Assembly (NCBI GenBank): GCA_963736855.1
Contig: CAVTQK010000015.1
Coordinates: 640,001 to 704,000 of the forward strand
Length of the DNA stretch: 64,000 nt
Reading direction: 5' to 3'
Origin: an uncultured delta proteobacterium
Lineage (GTDB): Bacteria > Desulfobacterota > Desulfobacteria > Desulfobacterales > UBA2156
Shown here: piece after piece, positions 42,563 to 52,567 of the stretch
How positions within the stretch are numbered: position 1 is the first letter of the stretch
How the letters are laid out: the number at the start of each line of letters is the position of its first letter
Program-made: the position numbers and the translations under genes
The notes under the pieces: generated by a model
Database searches by the model: none
Seen by the model: the letters and a program-made list of their open reading frames with translations, nothing else
Told to the model about the DNA's origin: nothing

Positions 42563-43129
42563 ATGTCAAGGAGAATGTGGATTTTTGCAGCCATGTTCAT
42601 GGTACTTCCGGGGTTGTTGTTCACCGTTTCCTGTGCCAAAAAGAAAGTGGCCTCTGAAACAGGCCTGCAAGGTGAGGCCGGCAAATCGGCTGCTGACAAG
42701 GCTCGTGAGGAAGAGTTGGCTCGGCAAAAAGCCCTGGAAGAGGCGCGTTTGAAAGAAGAAGCCGCAAAACAGGGGAAGGTCGCCCAGGAACGGGCCCGCT
42801 TTGAGAATGAGGATATTTATTTCGAGTTCGATAGCGCCACACTCCTTCCGATGGCTCAGGAGGTCCTTAAGAAAAAGGCGCAGTATCTCAAAGACAACGC
42901 GAAAATGACGGTGGCCGTCGAAGGACACTGCGACGAGCGGGGGACCAACGAATACAACCTTGCCCTCGGAGACCGTCGGGCCAAATCGGCTACGCAATTC
43001 ATTATCAATCTGGGGATTCCGGCTTCGCGGATAACCGCAATCAGCTACGGGGAAGAGCGACCGATGGATTCGGGGCATACGGAAGAGGCTTGGGCTAAAA
43101 ATCGAAGGGCCCATTTCGTGATCCAATAA
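42563..43129 (+). CDS. pal: Peptidoglycan-associated lipoprotein
   Basis: Lipobox [21 protein letters not shown] and KNRRA. Confidence 0.96.
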   Translation: MSRRMWIFAAMFMVLPGLLFTVSCAKKKVASETGLQGEAGKSAADKAREEELARQKALEEARLKEEAAKQGKVAQERARFENEDIYFEFDSATLLPMAQEVLKKKAQYLKDNAKMTVAVEGHCDERGTNEYNLALGDRRAKSATQFIINLGIPASRITAISYGEERPMDSGHTEEAWAKNRRAHFVIQ

Positions 43130-43225
43130 TACTTTTACCCGAATCGATGATCCGGTCCGAAAAACGCATGTTTTTTCTTCGACTTGAGAAGGCAGGATCA
43201 TCAGGGATCCGTTGATAGGGGAGAT

Positions 43226-43270
43226 CGGTGCAGGGTCGGCAGCGGTTTTGCCGCTGCCGACCCTGCACCG
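43226..43270. other. Perfect 20-bp GC-rich hairpin between pal and cpoB
   Basis: CGGTGCAGGGTCGGCAGCGG-TTTTG-CCGCTGCCGACCCTGCACCG. Confidence 0.8.
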
Positions 43271-43328
43271 CATCACATGATCCGTGTGCTGCCATAGAGG
43301 CTCATTACCCAAGAGTCGAAATTTGCCG

Positions 43329-44183
43329 ATGACTGTGAAAACGACTGCCTTTTTTATTATCGTTTCCCTTTTCCTCACAGGGTGTGCCGCGCGCGAAGAT
43401 ATTCTCACCCTTGACGACAGCATGACCTCCATTCATCAGCGGATGGCGATGCTGGAGCGGGAAAACGTCGATATGAAGAATCGACTGGCCTCCCTGCTTA
43501 AAACTGAAGAGGGGAAGACGGAAAGCTTCCAGGGCAAGACCGCGGAAATCAAGGCATCCCACGATCGGCTTTCCGAAGAATTGCAGTCCCTTCGCGGGAA
43601 GATGGAGGAAACGCAGTTTCTTCTCAAACCTGCCGAGGGAGAGCAAAAGGAGAGAGAAGCACGGATGATCGCCCTGGAAAAGGGGCTTCAGGAACAGCGG
43701 GATCGTATCAAGCGTCTTGAGGGTTATCTTAACCTGGAATCCCCGGAGGCCAAGATTTCCGGTACTCCGCAGCCCCCCGTAACACCGAAAGCCGAGCCTT
43801 CCAAAATGCTGTCGGAAAATGAAACTTACGCCGAGGCCAAGCAGGCCTTTGACCGCGGGGAGTTTGAAAAGGCTAGAACACGATTCCAGGAATTGCTCAA
43901 GAACTATCCGGCTTCCATAAATGCCGACAACGCTCAGTTTTGGATCGGGGAGAGTTACTACCGCGAAAAGTGGTACGAAAAAGCGATCCTGGAATACCAG
44001 AAGGTTGTTGAAAAATATCCGACCGGAAACAAGGTCCAGGCATCTCTTCTCAAACAGGGGCTTTCATTTCAGAATCTGGGCGACACGGCAAATGCCCGTC
44101 TGATCCTCAAGGAACTCGTCAGAAAATATCCTACCGCAAACGAAGCCAAGATTGCCCAGCAGAAGCTGAAGGAAATTCCCTAA
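43329..44183 (+). CDS. cpoB: Tol-Pal system protein YbgF/CpoB
   Basis: Lipobox LTGC, coiled coil, TPR with NAQFWIGESYY. Confidence 0.92.
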   Translation: MTVKTTAFFIIVSLFLTGCAAREDILTLDDSMTSIHQRMAMLERENVDMKNRLASLLKTEEGKTESFQGKTAEIKASHDRLSEELQSLRGKMEETQFLLKPAEGEQKEREARMIALEKGLQEQRDRIKRLEGYLNLESPEAKISGTPQPPVTPKAEPSKMLSENETYAEAKQAFDRGEFEKARTRFQELLKNYPASINADNAQFWIGESYYREKWYEKAILEYQKVVEKYPTGNKVQASLLKQGLSFQNLGDTANARLILKELVRKYPTANEAKIAQQKLKEIP

Positions 44184-44215
44184 ACCTTGTGGCTGGAAAC
44201 AATGGCGGGTTTCGG

Positions 44216-44728
44216 ATGAACACAGTCGTGGGGGTGGATCCGGGATTGGCAAACACTGGTATCGCCACTGTCCGGGGATCCGAAAAGCGGATCGATACCT
44301 TTTCCTACGCCCATATTCAAACATCAAGCCATATTCCACTGCCGGAACGCCTGCACCGGATTTTTTCCGAAGTCTACCGGATTCTGGATCGGGAAAGGCC
44401 GGATCTGTTGGTGGTGGAAGACGTCTTTTCTCTTGACATCTACCCCAAGTCGGGAATCACCCTCGGGAAGGTGTCCGGCGCTGTGCTTCTTGCCGGATGC
44501 CAGCTTAAGGTTCCTGTGATGGAGATTCCGGTGCGCGAGGCGAAGAAGACACTCACCGGAAACGGCAAGGCCACCAAGATACAGCTCGAAAAGGCGGTCC
44601 GATATTTCTTGAACGCCACCGAACCCATTCGGCCCTATCACGCTTCCGATGCCATGGCCTTGGCGATCATCGGTCTGCTTCGTTGTCGAAAGACAAAAGG
44701 GAGTGTTCGGCTTGATCGGTTATCTTAG
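44216..44728 (+). CDS. ruvC: Holliday junction resolvase
   Basis: GVDPG, VVED, GNGKATK and HASDAMALA. Confidence 0.93.
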   Translation: MNTVVGVDPGLANTGIATVRGSEKRIDTFSYAHIQTSSHIPLPERLHRIFSEVYRILDRERPDLLVVEDVFSLDIYPKSGITLGKVSGAVLLAGCQLKVPVMEIPVREAKKTLTGNGKATKIQLEKAVRYFLNATEPIRPYHASDAMALAIIGLLRCRKTKGSVRLDRLS

Positions 44729-45329
44729 GGGCACACTGTTAAAAAAAGAAGAGGATCGGATCCTGCTTCTGGTCGGCCAGGTGGGATATGAGGTCCTGTT
44801 GCCGGCTGTTGTCATGGATACATTGGCTGCAAAAAGGCATGGAGACGAGGTTGCCCTTTACATTTTTTTTCAGCAGACCGAAAGGCAACCCAAGCCTGTG
44901 CTGATCGGATTCAACCTTGAAGCGGAAAGGGAATTTTTTCAACATTTCATTTCCGTGGAAGACATCGGTCCCTTGAAAGCAGTGAAGGCTTTGAACATTC
45001 CCATCCGGGACATCGCCCGGGCCATTGAAACCGGAGACGTGACAAAGCTGACGCAGTTGAAAGGGATCGGCAAGCGCACAGCCCAAAAGATCGTGGCCAC
45101 TCTGAGCGGCAAAATGGAAAAATTTGTCCTCATCTGCAAAGCCGAATCCGAAACGCCCCTTGCGAATCCGGATTTTGTCAAGCAGGTTCTGGAAGTTTTA
45201 ACAGATCAGCTAGGGCACAAGCCTGCCGAGGCCAAGCGTATGGTGGCGGATGCTCTTGCAAGAAACCCAGGCGCGACAACGCCTGAATCCCTCTTTGAAG
45301 AGGTCTACCGTGGAGAGATTGCAAGGTGA
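44712..45329 (+). CDS. ruvA: Holliday junction DNA-binding protein
   Basis: IGYLRG, VGYEV and Hh[12 protein letters not shown]. Confidence 0.93.
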   Translation: MIGYLRGTLLKKEEDRILLLVGQVGYEVLLPAVVMDTLAAKRHGDEVALYIFFQQTERQPKPVLIGFNLEAEREFFQHFISVEDIGPLKAVKALNIPIRDIARAIETGDVTKLTQLKGIGKRTAQKIVATLSGKMEKFVLICKAESETPLANPDFVKQVLEVLTDQLGHKPAEAKRMVADALARNPGATTPESLFEEVYRGEIAR

Positions 45330-46369
45330 AAAAGAAAGCTGAAGAGGCTTTGGCCGAACCGCAAGGCATCGCTTCTCCATCTTGTCTTTCTCAAGATGCC
45401 CAACCGGAACTCATATCGCTTCGTCCCCAACGCCTTCTTGAATATGTTGGGCAGGAAGAGATCGTCGAGGCTTTGAAGATCGCCATCCAGGCCGCTCAAG
45501 AGCGAGGGGAGCCGGTCGACCACGTCCTGCTCCACGGGCCTCCGGGGCTGGGTAAAACAACCCTGGCCCACATCATTGCCAATGAGACATCCGGGGATTT
45601 GACCATCAGTTCGGGTCCCGCGCTCGAAAAAGGAGGCGACCTGATCGGTATCCTGACTCACCTGGAGGAAGGCGATGTGTTTTTCATCGATGAGATCCAT
45701 CGGATTCCAAAAACCGTTGAGGAGTTTCTTTATCCGGCTATGGAGGAATTCGCCGTAGATTTCGTCTTTGACAAGGGGATTCACGCCAGGAGCCACCGGT
45801 ACCGGTTGAGCCCATTCACGCTGGTGGGAGCAACCACTCGAGTCGGCCTCCTGTCCTCGCCGTTGAGGGACCGTTTCGGAATCTTCAGGAGCCTTGATTT
45901 CTACATCCCTAAGGATCTTGTCCGGATCATCGAGCGCTCGGCCAAAATCCTGCAAGTCTCCATTGACGAAAAAGGAGCTGCAGAACTGGCCACGCGATCC
46001 CGGGGGACTCCAAGAATCGCCAATCGATTGTTGAAGCGGGTCCGGGACTACGCCCAGGTACGGGCCGACGGCGTCATCACCCAGGAAACGGTTGGGGCGG
46101 CCCTGGAGCTGGAAGGGGTCGACACCATGGGGCTGACCGGTCTCGACCGAAGGTATCTGAAAACCATCATCGAATTTTATAAGGGAGGACCGGTGGGTAT
46201 CGAAGCCATAGCAGCCACACTGCAAGAAGAAGCCGATACCCTTGTGGACGTGGTGGAACCGTTTTTGCTGAAGATCGGAATGATTATTCGAACACCCTCC
46301 GGAAGAAAGGCCTCGGAAACGGCTTATAAACACCTCGGATTTCGCATTCAAAGCTCATTTTTCTCTTGA
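45326..46369 (+). CDS. ruvB: Holliday junction helicase
   Basis: [20 protein letters not shown] and RGTPR. Confidence 0.97.
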   Translation: MKKKAEEALAEPQGIASPSCLSQDAQPELISLRPQRLLEYVGQEEIVEALKIAIQAAQERGEPVDHVLLHGPPGLGKTTLAHIIANETSGDLTISSGPALEKGGDLIGILTHLEEGDVFFIDEIHRIPKTVEEFLYPAMEEFAVDFVFDKGIHARSHRYRLSPFTLVGATTRVGLLSSPLRDRFGIFRSLDFYIPKDLVRIIERSAKILQVSIDEKGAAELATRSRGTPRIANRLLKRVRDYAQVRADGVITQETVGAALELEGVDTMGLTGLDRRYLKTIIEFYKGGPVGIEAIAATLQEEADTLVDVVEPFLLKIGMIIRTPSGRKASETAYKHLGFRIQSSFFS

Positions 46370-46389
46370 ACGGTTTTGGGATTCCGGCC

Positions 46390-47282
46390 ATGCCGCCTCC
46401 TGTCATCACCCTGACCACTGATTTCGGACTTGCAGATGAGTTTGTAGGTGTCATGAAAGGGGTGATCCTCTCCCTTTGTCCGAGCGCTCAAATTGTGGAT
46501 ATCTCCCATCAGATTGAGCCTCAGGATGTCTTCCAGGCTGCTTTGACCCTAGAAGCCGCATACCCATATTTCCCAAAAGGATCCATTCATGTGGTGGTGG
46601 TGGATCCGGATGTGGGCAGTCATCGAAGGATCCTCGCCGCCGCGGCCGGTGGGTATCTTTTTTGGGTCCTGACAACGGGGTATTATGGCCGGTTTTGAGA
46701 AAGATGGATGTCAAGACACTGGTCTCGGTAAACGAAAGCGCCTTTTTCCTGACCCCTGTCAGTACTACTTTTCATGGGAGGGATATCTTTGCACCCGTAG
46801 CCGCTCACTTGGCCAAGGGAGTTCCCATTTTTTCATTGGGATCGCCTCTTCAACCCGAGGAGATACGGCACCTGGAAGCTTCCTTGCCCGTACTTGAGAA
46901 TCATTATTCCCTAAAAGGACAAGTCATCGGGGTGGATCGTTTCGGGAACCTGATCACCAATATCCGCCGGGAAGACCTGGAAGGAATCACCGCCGGACAC
47001 TCATGGCAGGATCTGCTCGTAACAATCAAAAAATGCCGGATCAACGGTCTTTCTAAAAGCTATCTGAGCGCGAAGCAGGATGCTTTGCTGGCTCTTTTCG
47101 GCAGTAGAGATCGGTTGGAGATTGCCCTTTGCTGCGGGAACGCTGCACAATATCTGAACGCCAAGAAGAAGGATCCGGTCAGGGTTTTATTTCCAAAAAG
47201 TTCGGTTACGCACTCATCCAACAAAAATCCACGAGAACAGGAAAGTGGTCGGAGGGGTAGCCGTCTTCGAAAGGTCCGGTAA
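46390..47282 (+). CDS. SAM hydrolase/halogenase (DUF62) family, frameshifted near 46660
   Basis: ITLTTDFG, VVDPDVGS, GPDNG, TFHGRDIFAP and DRFGNLITN. Confidence 0.88.
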
Positions 47283-47994
47283 TCACCTGGGAGTTTAGGG
47301 GCGCGATGTTTCCTCTGTAAAGGATCCAGTCGATGTGACCGATTTCCGTTTTTCCGGAAAATCCATGGAAAGTCGGAGGGTAGGGGGGACTGAAAGCGTT
47401 TTTAAAAATAGGGGTGTTTTCGTCGTCCGAAGCTTCGGGTTTGGTTAATATCGCATGACAGGGGGAATTCGGGGTGGTGTTAAAATCTCCCATCATGACA
47501 ATCGGGGAATCAACGGACTTGCCCTTTAATCGATTTTGAATAATATGCGCGCTTCGGTTCTGCACCGTGGAGTCGAAATCGAGATGGGTGGAGATGCACA
47601 CCAGGGAGCGTTTTTTTTGGCTGAAAGCGCCGAAGGTACATTGCCTGGGCCACCGGCTCTCCGGAAACCGGCTGGGGATATCCGGCGTATCGCTTAAGAA
47701 AAAGTGGTCGAACCATCGACAGGTCCACGAATCCGGGTAGAAAAGAACAGTGTTTTGCCAAAAAGGCGGCGCGGGGGTTCGCTTGCCGATATATCGGTGC
47801 TCCGGAAGGATTCGGCTCAAGAAGTCGATCTGAAACGCATTGGCTTCCTGGAATCCGATGAAATCAGGACGATACCTATTAAAAAGAGGAAGAAGGCGTT
47901 GCTTTCGGATTTCCCAGCGGTTTTCGCCATCGTCGGCCAGGCCGAATCGGAGGTTGAGGGACATGACGGAAAAATCGACGGCCGGGTTTTTCAT
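47206..47994 (-). CDS. Endonuclease/exonuclease/phosphatase family protein
   Basis: SLNLR, GFQE, THLD, GDFN, IDWI and SDHFP. Confidence 0.9.
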   Translation of the reverse strand: MKNPAVDFSVMSLNLRFGLADDGENRWEIRKQRLLPLFNRYRPDFIGFQEANAFQIDFLSRILPEHRYIGKRTPAPPFWQNTVLFYPDSWTCRWFDHFFLSDTPDIPSRFPESRWPRQCTFGAFSQKKRSLVCISTHLDFDSTVQNRSAHIIQNRLKGKSVDSPIVMMGDFNTTPNSPCHAILTKPEASDDENTPIFKNAFSPPYPPTFHGFSGKTEIGHIDWILYRGNIAPLNSQVITGPFEDGYPSDHFPVLVDFCWMSA

Positions 47995-48027
47995 GGGAGA
48001 TGTTTCCTTTCGACCATCAGTTATGCT

Positions 48028-48182
48028 TGATGGCTTCGTAAAAAGTCCATCTGCTGCGTTGCACTGCATCCTTCGTCATTGCGGCGTACCTATAAGTACG
48101 CCTCATTCCTCAGGATTTGCGCGCCTTGCATTTGAAGCTTTTTACTTTGCCATCCTAATCTTGAGTTTTTACAATTTCATCA
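48028..48182. mobile_element. MITE-like element, core type A
   Basis: Copy of 23860-24014; flanks TGCT/TGCC. Confidence 0.85.
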
Positions 48183-48416
48183 TGCCTTACTGATTACATT
48201 ATCACAGACGCACCGGTCTTCAAACCGGTTTTTCGTCGGACAGGAACGCAGAAGCCCCTTGCCCTATAGATGCAAGCTGTCGATTTTACAGAAGACCTAT
48301 CATAAGTTCGGTTTACTGTTGAGACTCGGCGGTTTTTGGTGTAAAGCCCCTTGGCCGACTTAAAAGCAGGGAAAGAAGGGTTCAGGTTTTTAAGCGTCAA
48401 TAAGCGGAAGGTATAT

Positions 48417-49052
48417 ATGGAATCCGGATCGCAAATTGAAGTCAAACGACGCACACTAACGGATTGGGCAAAGCATGCCTCTAAGGGAATCCTGGAACCT
48501 TTAGCGTGGTTGCTGTTACGTCTTGGCCTGGAACCCAATTTCCTGTCTTTTATCGGGTTCCTCCTCGCTGTTGCGGCAGGGAGCCTAGCGGCTGTCGGTC
48601 TGTTTCCCCAAAGCGGCTGCATTTTTTTACTTTCCGGAATCGTAGATGCCTTGGATGGAACCCTGGCTCGAATCGGAAGACTTGAATCCCGCTTCGGGGC
48701 ATTTTTTGATTCCTTTTTGGACCGCTACTCGGAATCCGCGTTATTTTTTGGAATCGCATACTGGTCCACCTTCAAAGCCAGGCACGACCTGGTTCTTCTG
48801 GCGATCCTTTCATTGGTCGGTTCTTATATGGTCAGCTATGCCCGAGCTCGGGCGGAAGGGGTGGGGATCTCCTGCAGGATCGGTCTGTTTTCGCGCATGG
48901 AGCGGTTTATCATCCTGGTTCTGGCCCTTTTGTCCGGGCAGCTTTTTCTTGGGCTTATTTCTCTGGCGATTATGGCGAATGTCACCGCCTTCCAAAGGCT
49001 AGTCCATGTGGCCGGACAATCGCGAAGAAAACAAGATCTTCTAAAGTGGTAA
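48417..49052 (+). CDS. CDP-alcohol phosphatidyltransferase
   Basis: DALDGTLAR...GAFFDSFLDR and SYARARAE. Confidence 0.9.
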   Translation: MESGSQIEVKRRTLTDWAKHASKGILEPLAWLLLRLGLEPNFLSFIGFLLAVAAGSLAAVGLFPQSGCIFLLSGIVDALDGTLARIGRLESRFGAFFDSFLDRYSESALFFGIAYWSTFKARHDLVLLAILSLVGSYMVSYARARAEGVGISCRIGLFSRMERFIILVLALLSGQLFLGLISLAIMANVTAFQRLVHVAGQSRRKQDLLKW

Positions 49053-49079
49053 TCCGTATGCCGACAGGTCATTTTTTTA

Positions 49080-49108
49080 TTGACAGATTCATGCTGTTAA
49101 AATATTCT
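49080..49108 (+). promoter_or_regulatory. Putative rplM promoter
   Basis: TTGACA-17-TATTCT. Confidence 0.5.
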
Positions 49109-49169
49109 TTCAGGATTATAGCTCTAAAAGAAATGTCATTTTTTTATTTTTAATGAAGGAGCATTCAGG

Positions 49170-49610
49170 GTGAAAGGCTACACAATAAGCGCAAAAAAAA
49201 TTGAGAATCCGGAAAAATGGTACGTCGTAGACGCCAGCGGTATGGTTCTTGGAAGGTTGGCATCTGTGGTTGCATCCCGTCTCCGGGGAAAACATAATCC
49301 GCTTTTTACACCCCATGTCGATATGGGTGACTACATGATCGTGATCAACGCTGAAAAGATCGTACTGACCGGTAAAAAGCTTACCGACAAGCGATATTAC
49401 CGGCATAGCGGGTATATCGGGGGACTTAAGACCGCCACCGCGAAAAATATATCGGAGAAACGACCTGAAAATCTTATCCGATTCGCCGTGAAAGGGATGC
49501 TGCCCAAGAATCGATTGGGAAGACAGCTGTTTAAGAAGCTGAAAGTTTATACCGGCGGGGAACATCCCCATGCGGCCCAGCAACCGGAAGCACTTGCTAT
49601 TAAGAGCTAA
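49170..49610 (+). CDS. rplM: 50S ribosomal protein L13
   Basis: [20 protein letters not shown] and HPHAAQQP. Confidence 0.98.
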   Translation: MKGYTISAKKIENPEKWYVVDASGMVLGRLASVVASRLRGKHNPLFTPHVDMGDYMIVINAEKIVLTGKKLTDKRYYRHSGYIGGLKTATAKNISEKRPENLIRFAVKGMLPKNRLGRQLFKKLKVYTGGEHPHAAQQPEALAIKS

Positions 49611-49719
49611 ACGAAACACAGTCGGTCGGTGATAAACTCGGTTTTCGGAAGTCGGCGAAACGCCTGACGGATACCGACCCAAAATGATCCAAACGTCAAT
49701 AAACAATCAAGGAAGGCAT

Positions 49720-50115
49720 ATGGAACAAGAGAAGGTATTTTACGCCACCGGAAAACGAAAGACTGCTATCGCCAGAACTTGGATGCGTCCGGGTAACGGT
49801 CAAATCCTGATTAACGGGATGAATCTGGACGATTACTTTCCGGCCGGATCGGCTAAGATTACGCTAACCAAACCATTGATTTTGACCAATACCCGCGGAT
49901 CCTTTGATATTCAGATCCGCGTTAAAGGCGGGGGCATTTCTGGCCAGGCAGAGGCCATTCGTCATGGAATCACACGGGCTCTTATCCAGGCGGAACCGGA
50001 GTTACGGTCGCCGCTGAAAAAAGCCGGTTTTGTGCGCAGGGACCCACGAATCAAAGAGCGGAAGAAATACGGCCAGAGGGGTGCCAGGGCTCGTTTCCAG
50101 TTCTCGAAACGATAA
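49720..50115 (+). CDS. rpsI: 30S ribosomal protein S9
   Basis: TGKRKTAIAR, GGGISGQA and ERKKYG..ARARFQFSKR. Confidence 0.98.
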   Translation: MEQEKVFYATGKRKTAIARTWMRPGNGQILINGMNLDDYFPAGSAKITLTKPLILTNTRGSFDIQIRVKGGGISGQAEAIRHGITRALIQAEPELRSPLKKAGFVRRDPRIKERKKYGQRGARARFQFSKR

Positions 50116-50133
50116 TATTTTCCATTGATCTGC

Positions 50134-50168
50134 AAAAGGGGACCCGGACCTTCCGGGTCCCCTTTTTA
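50134..50168. terminator. Bidirectional intrinsic terminator
   Basis: AAAAGGGGACCCGGA-CCT-TCCGGGTCCCCTTTTT between convergent genes. Confidence 0.9.
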
Positions 50169-50942
50169 TTTATCCTTCCAGATCGGCGGGCGTTTTTCCA
50201 AAAAGGCACGCATTCCTTCCTGGGCGTCTTCGGCCAGGCAGTTCATCGCGATGGTCTCCTTGGCGTCATCGTAAGCTGTGGCTTCAGGCATGTCCATCTG
50301 CCGATAGAAGGCCTTTTTTCCGAATGAAAGTGTAAATCGACTGAATTGGGCGATTTCCATGGCAAAAGCACGGGTTTCTGTTTCAAGGGCTTCGGGAGCG
50401 GTTACGCGATTCACCAGCCCGAACGTTTTTGCTTCCTCGGCAGAAATAAAACGGCCGGTCAAAAGCATATCCAGGGTCCGGCGCCTTCCGATTACTCGCG
50501 CCAGCGGAACCATCGGGGTCGAGCAGAAGAGGCCGATTTTAACACCCGGGGTGGCGAAACGGGCACCGGATTCCGCCACTGACAGATCGCATGCAGCTAC
50601 CAGTTGACATCCGGCCGCTGTGGCGATGCCGTGAACCTGTGCGATGATCGGTTGCGGAAGGCGCTGAAGGCCCTCCATCAGTAGGGTACATTCCTGGAAT
50701 ATGGCTCGAAAATGGTGGAGATCATAGTCTGTTCCCACCAATTCCTTGAGGTCATGCCCGGCGCAGAAAGCCGGCCCGTTTCCCTTTACGACAGCGACTC
50801 GAATCGCTTCGTCGGTTTCGATCCGCTCCAGTGTCTTTCTGAAAGCCTTCATAAGCTCCATGGAAAGGGCGTTTCTTTTCCCCGGGCGGTTCAGAGTGAT
50901 CCATGCCACGGGACCTTCTTTTTTCAGCAACACGGCATCCAT
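50166..50942 (-). CDS. Enoyl-CoA hydratase/isomerase family protein
   Basis: LNRPGKRNAL, FCAGHDL, AAGCQLVAACDL and EGMRAFLEKR. Confidence 0.93.
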   Translation of the reverse strand: MDAVLLKKEGPVAWITLNRPGKRNALSMELMKAFRKTLERIETDEAIRVAVVKGNGPAFCAGHDLKELVGTDYDLHHFRAIFQECTLLMEGLQRLPQPIIAQVHGIATAAGCQLVAACDLSVAESGARFATPGVKIGLFCSTPMVPLARVIGRRRTLDMLLTGRFISAEEAKTFGLVNRVTAPEALETETRAFAMEIAQFSRFTLSFGKKAFYRQMDMPEATAYDDAKETIAMNCLAEDAQEGMRAFLEKRPPIWKDK

Positions 50943-50959
50943 CGGCTATCCTCCAAGTT

Positions 50960-51176
50960 TAATGAAATCGTAAAAACTCAAAATTGATGAAATCGTAAAA
51001 AGCCCGATTTTTCTCGCGCCGCAAGTCTTTTCGGAAGATCCAAAGGGTTTCGTTAAATCTCAAGAACTCGGCACAAGTGCCTCAAACAGCTTGAGATTTT
51101 TAACGCTCAACCCTTTGCCTCTCTTTTTCCGAAAAGACTTGAATGGCGCTCACAAAACCTTTTTACGAAGTCATTA
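50960..51176. mobile_element. MITE-like element, core type B with doubled left end
   Basis: TAATGAAATCGTAAAAACTCAAAAT + TGATGAAATCGTAAAAAG ... CTTTTTACGAAGTCATTA; AGTT on both flanks. Confidence 0.8.
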
Positions 51177-51206
51177 AGTTTAATCGAATATTTCAAGACA
51201 CCAGAA

Positions 51207-52406
51207 TCATAAGACAATGACATCTTCTTTAAACCGGGTGAGCGGCTCAAGACCATTTTTTGCAACCACGTAAGTGTTTTCGATTCCGACAACCCCTTGG
51301 CCCGGAATGACCAACTTCGGTTCCAAAGCCAGGGTCATCCCCGCTTGGAGGGGCCGGGTTTGCCCCTTTGCCAAGAAAGGGTATTCATCCAGCTCCAGTC
51401 CCACCCCGTGCCCGACAAAATGGATCCGGCGATCGTCGGCTCCCATGAATCGGTCTGCAATACCGTATCGGCGGGCAAAGGTGATGGCGTGCTCCCAGAT
51501 TTCACCGGCCGAAACGGACGGTTTTGCAATCTGCTCGATTTCGGAGGAAAGCTCCAGCATCATCCTGTGGCTGTCGTGTAACGCAACGGGTAACCGGCCC
51601 AGAGAAAAGATCCTGGCGTGGTCTGCCAAATATCCATTATAGGCGAAGACATAATCCACTAGGACAGGCTCGTGGCGCTGGATTTTCCGAAAACCGGACC
51701 CCTGAGCCACAGCCTGACTGAGGCCCTCTCCTCCGGTGGGTGAAGAGAGATAGCTGGGTATAGCTGCTGCAGGACCCGACAGAAGATGCCCGTAAAAAAT
51801 CTCGCTCCCCCACAGGCGCATGCGGATGATTCCCTGGTGCCCCAGTCTCCGTGCATAAGCTTCTACCATTCCAGCCAGCTCCACTTCTGTCATCCCTTCC
51901 CGAAGGAAATTGACGACGCTTGCCGAAACCTCGTCGGCTAGCTCTGCGGATCGGCGGATCATGCCGATTTCGTATTCGGATTTAACCGAACGGATACTTC
52001 GGATGGCGGAAGACACATCCGTCAGGACTGTTTTTTCAAAGGTGCGCTGATGGTTCAAGTACAGGTTGGCCGGGATCACATCGAGTTCCAGACCGAGAAC
52101 CTTCGGGGTTGAAAAGCCGAACGCCTTCAGGATCTCGGGAATCTCTTTCGGATTGTTTAACGGCACGATCGTGCCGATGTTGGACTCTGATGCGGCTCGG
52201 CTCAGGTTTTTATGAATCATCAGCACCGGGTCTCCTTGGGCAGGAACAAAGAGGTGTCCATTTTGTACGGTACCGGAAAAATAGTAGAGGTCCGTCTTTT
52301 GAACGATCAGCACGCCGTCTATCTCGGATTCCCGTAGATATGATTGAAGGTGATCGATACGTTGATGAATTTCAGTTGCAGGTGGCTTTGCTAAAGATGA
52401 ATGCAA
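51207..52406 (-). CDS. Xaa-Pro peptidase (M24 family)
   Basis: RSVKSEYE, GY.AD..R, GHGVGLELDE, ALEP and GIENT. Confidence 0.92.
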   Translation of the reverse strand: MHSSLAKPPATEIHQRIDHLQSYLRESEIDGVLIVQKTDLYYFSGTVQNGHLFVPAQGDPVLMIHKNLSRAASESNIGTIVPLNNPKEIPEILKAFGFSTPKVLGLELDVIPANLYLNHQRTFEKTVLTDVSSAIRSIRSVKSEYEIGMIRRSAELADEVSASVVNFLREGMTEVELAGMVEAYARRLGHQGIIRMRLWGSEIFYGHLLSGPAAAIPSYLSSPTGGEGLSQAVAQGSGFRKIQRHEPVLVDYVFAYNGYLADHARIFSLGRLPVALHDSHRMMLELSSEIEQIAKPSVSAGEIWEHAITFARRYGIADRFMGADDRRIHFVGHGVGLELDEYPFLAKGQTRPLQAGMTLALEPKLVIPGQGVVGIENTYVVAKNGLEPLTRFKEDVIVL

Positions 52407-52567
52407 AGAGTATCCTTCCGGTTGATATCAGAGTGGTCGCAAGTAATTTTTCACCTTTATAGATCAAGCCTATTGCGCAGAGTCAAGGAAATTGGGATCG
52501 TTGAAAGCGGTTCCTTGAAAAGAGTTCGGTTCTGATATAAATAGAACCGGATAGGAGCCTTTTTCAT

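Noticed and set aside
45305..46351. 348-aa minus-strand ORF and similar long antisense ORFs over ppdK, pal and paaK
   Set aside because: Shadow ORFs opposite well-conserved genes
46390..47282. Fluorinase/chlorinase as a sign of halometabolite biosynthesis
   Set aside because: Housekeeping context and DUF62-type motifs favour the common SAM hydrolase; no biosynthetic cluster nearby
48195..48350. Possible tRNA or SRP-like RNA (ACCGGTCTTCAAACCGGT hairpin)
   Set aside because: No cloverleaf, T-loop context or SRP motif recognised on either strand
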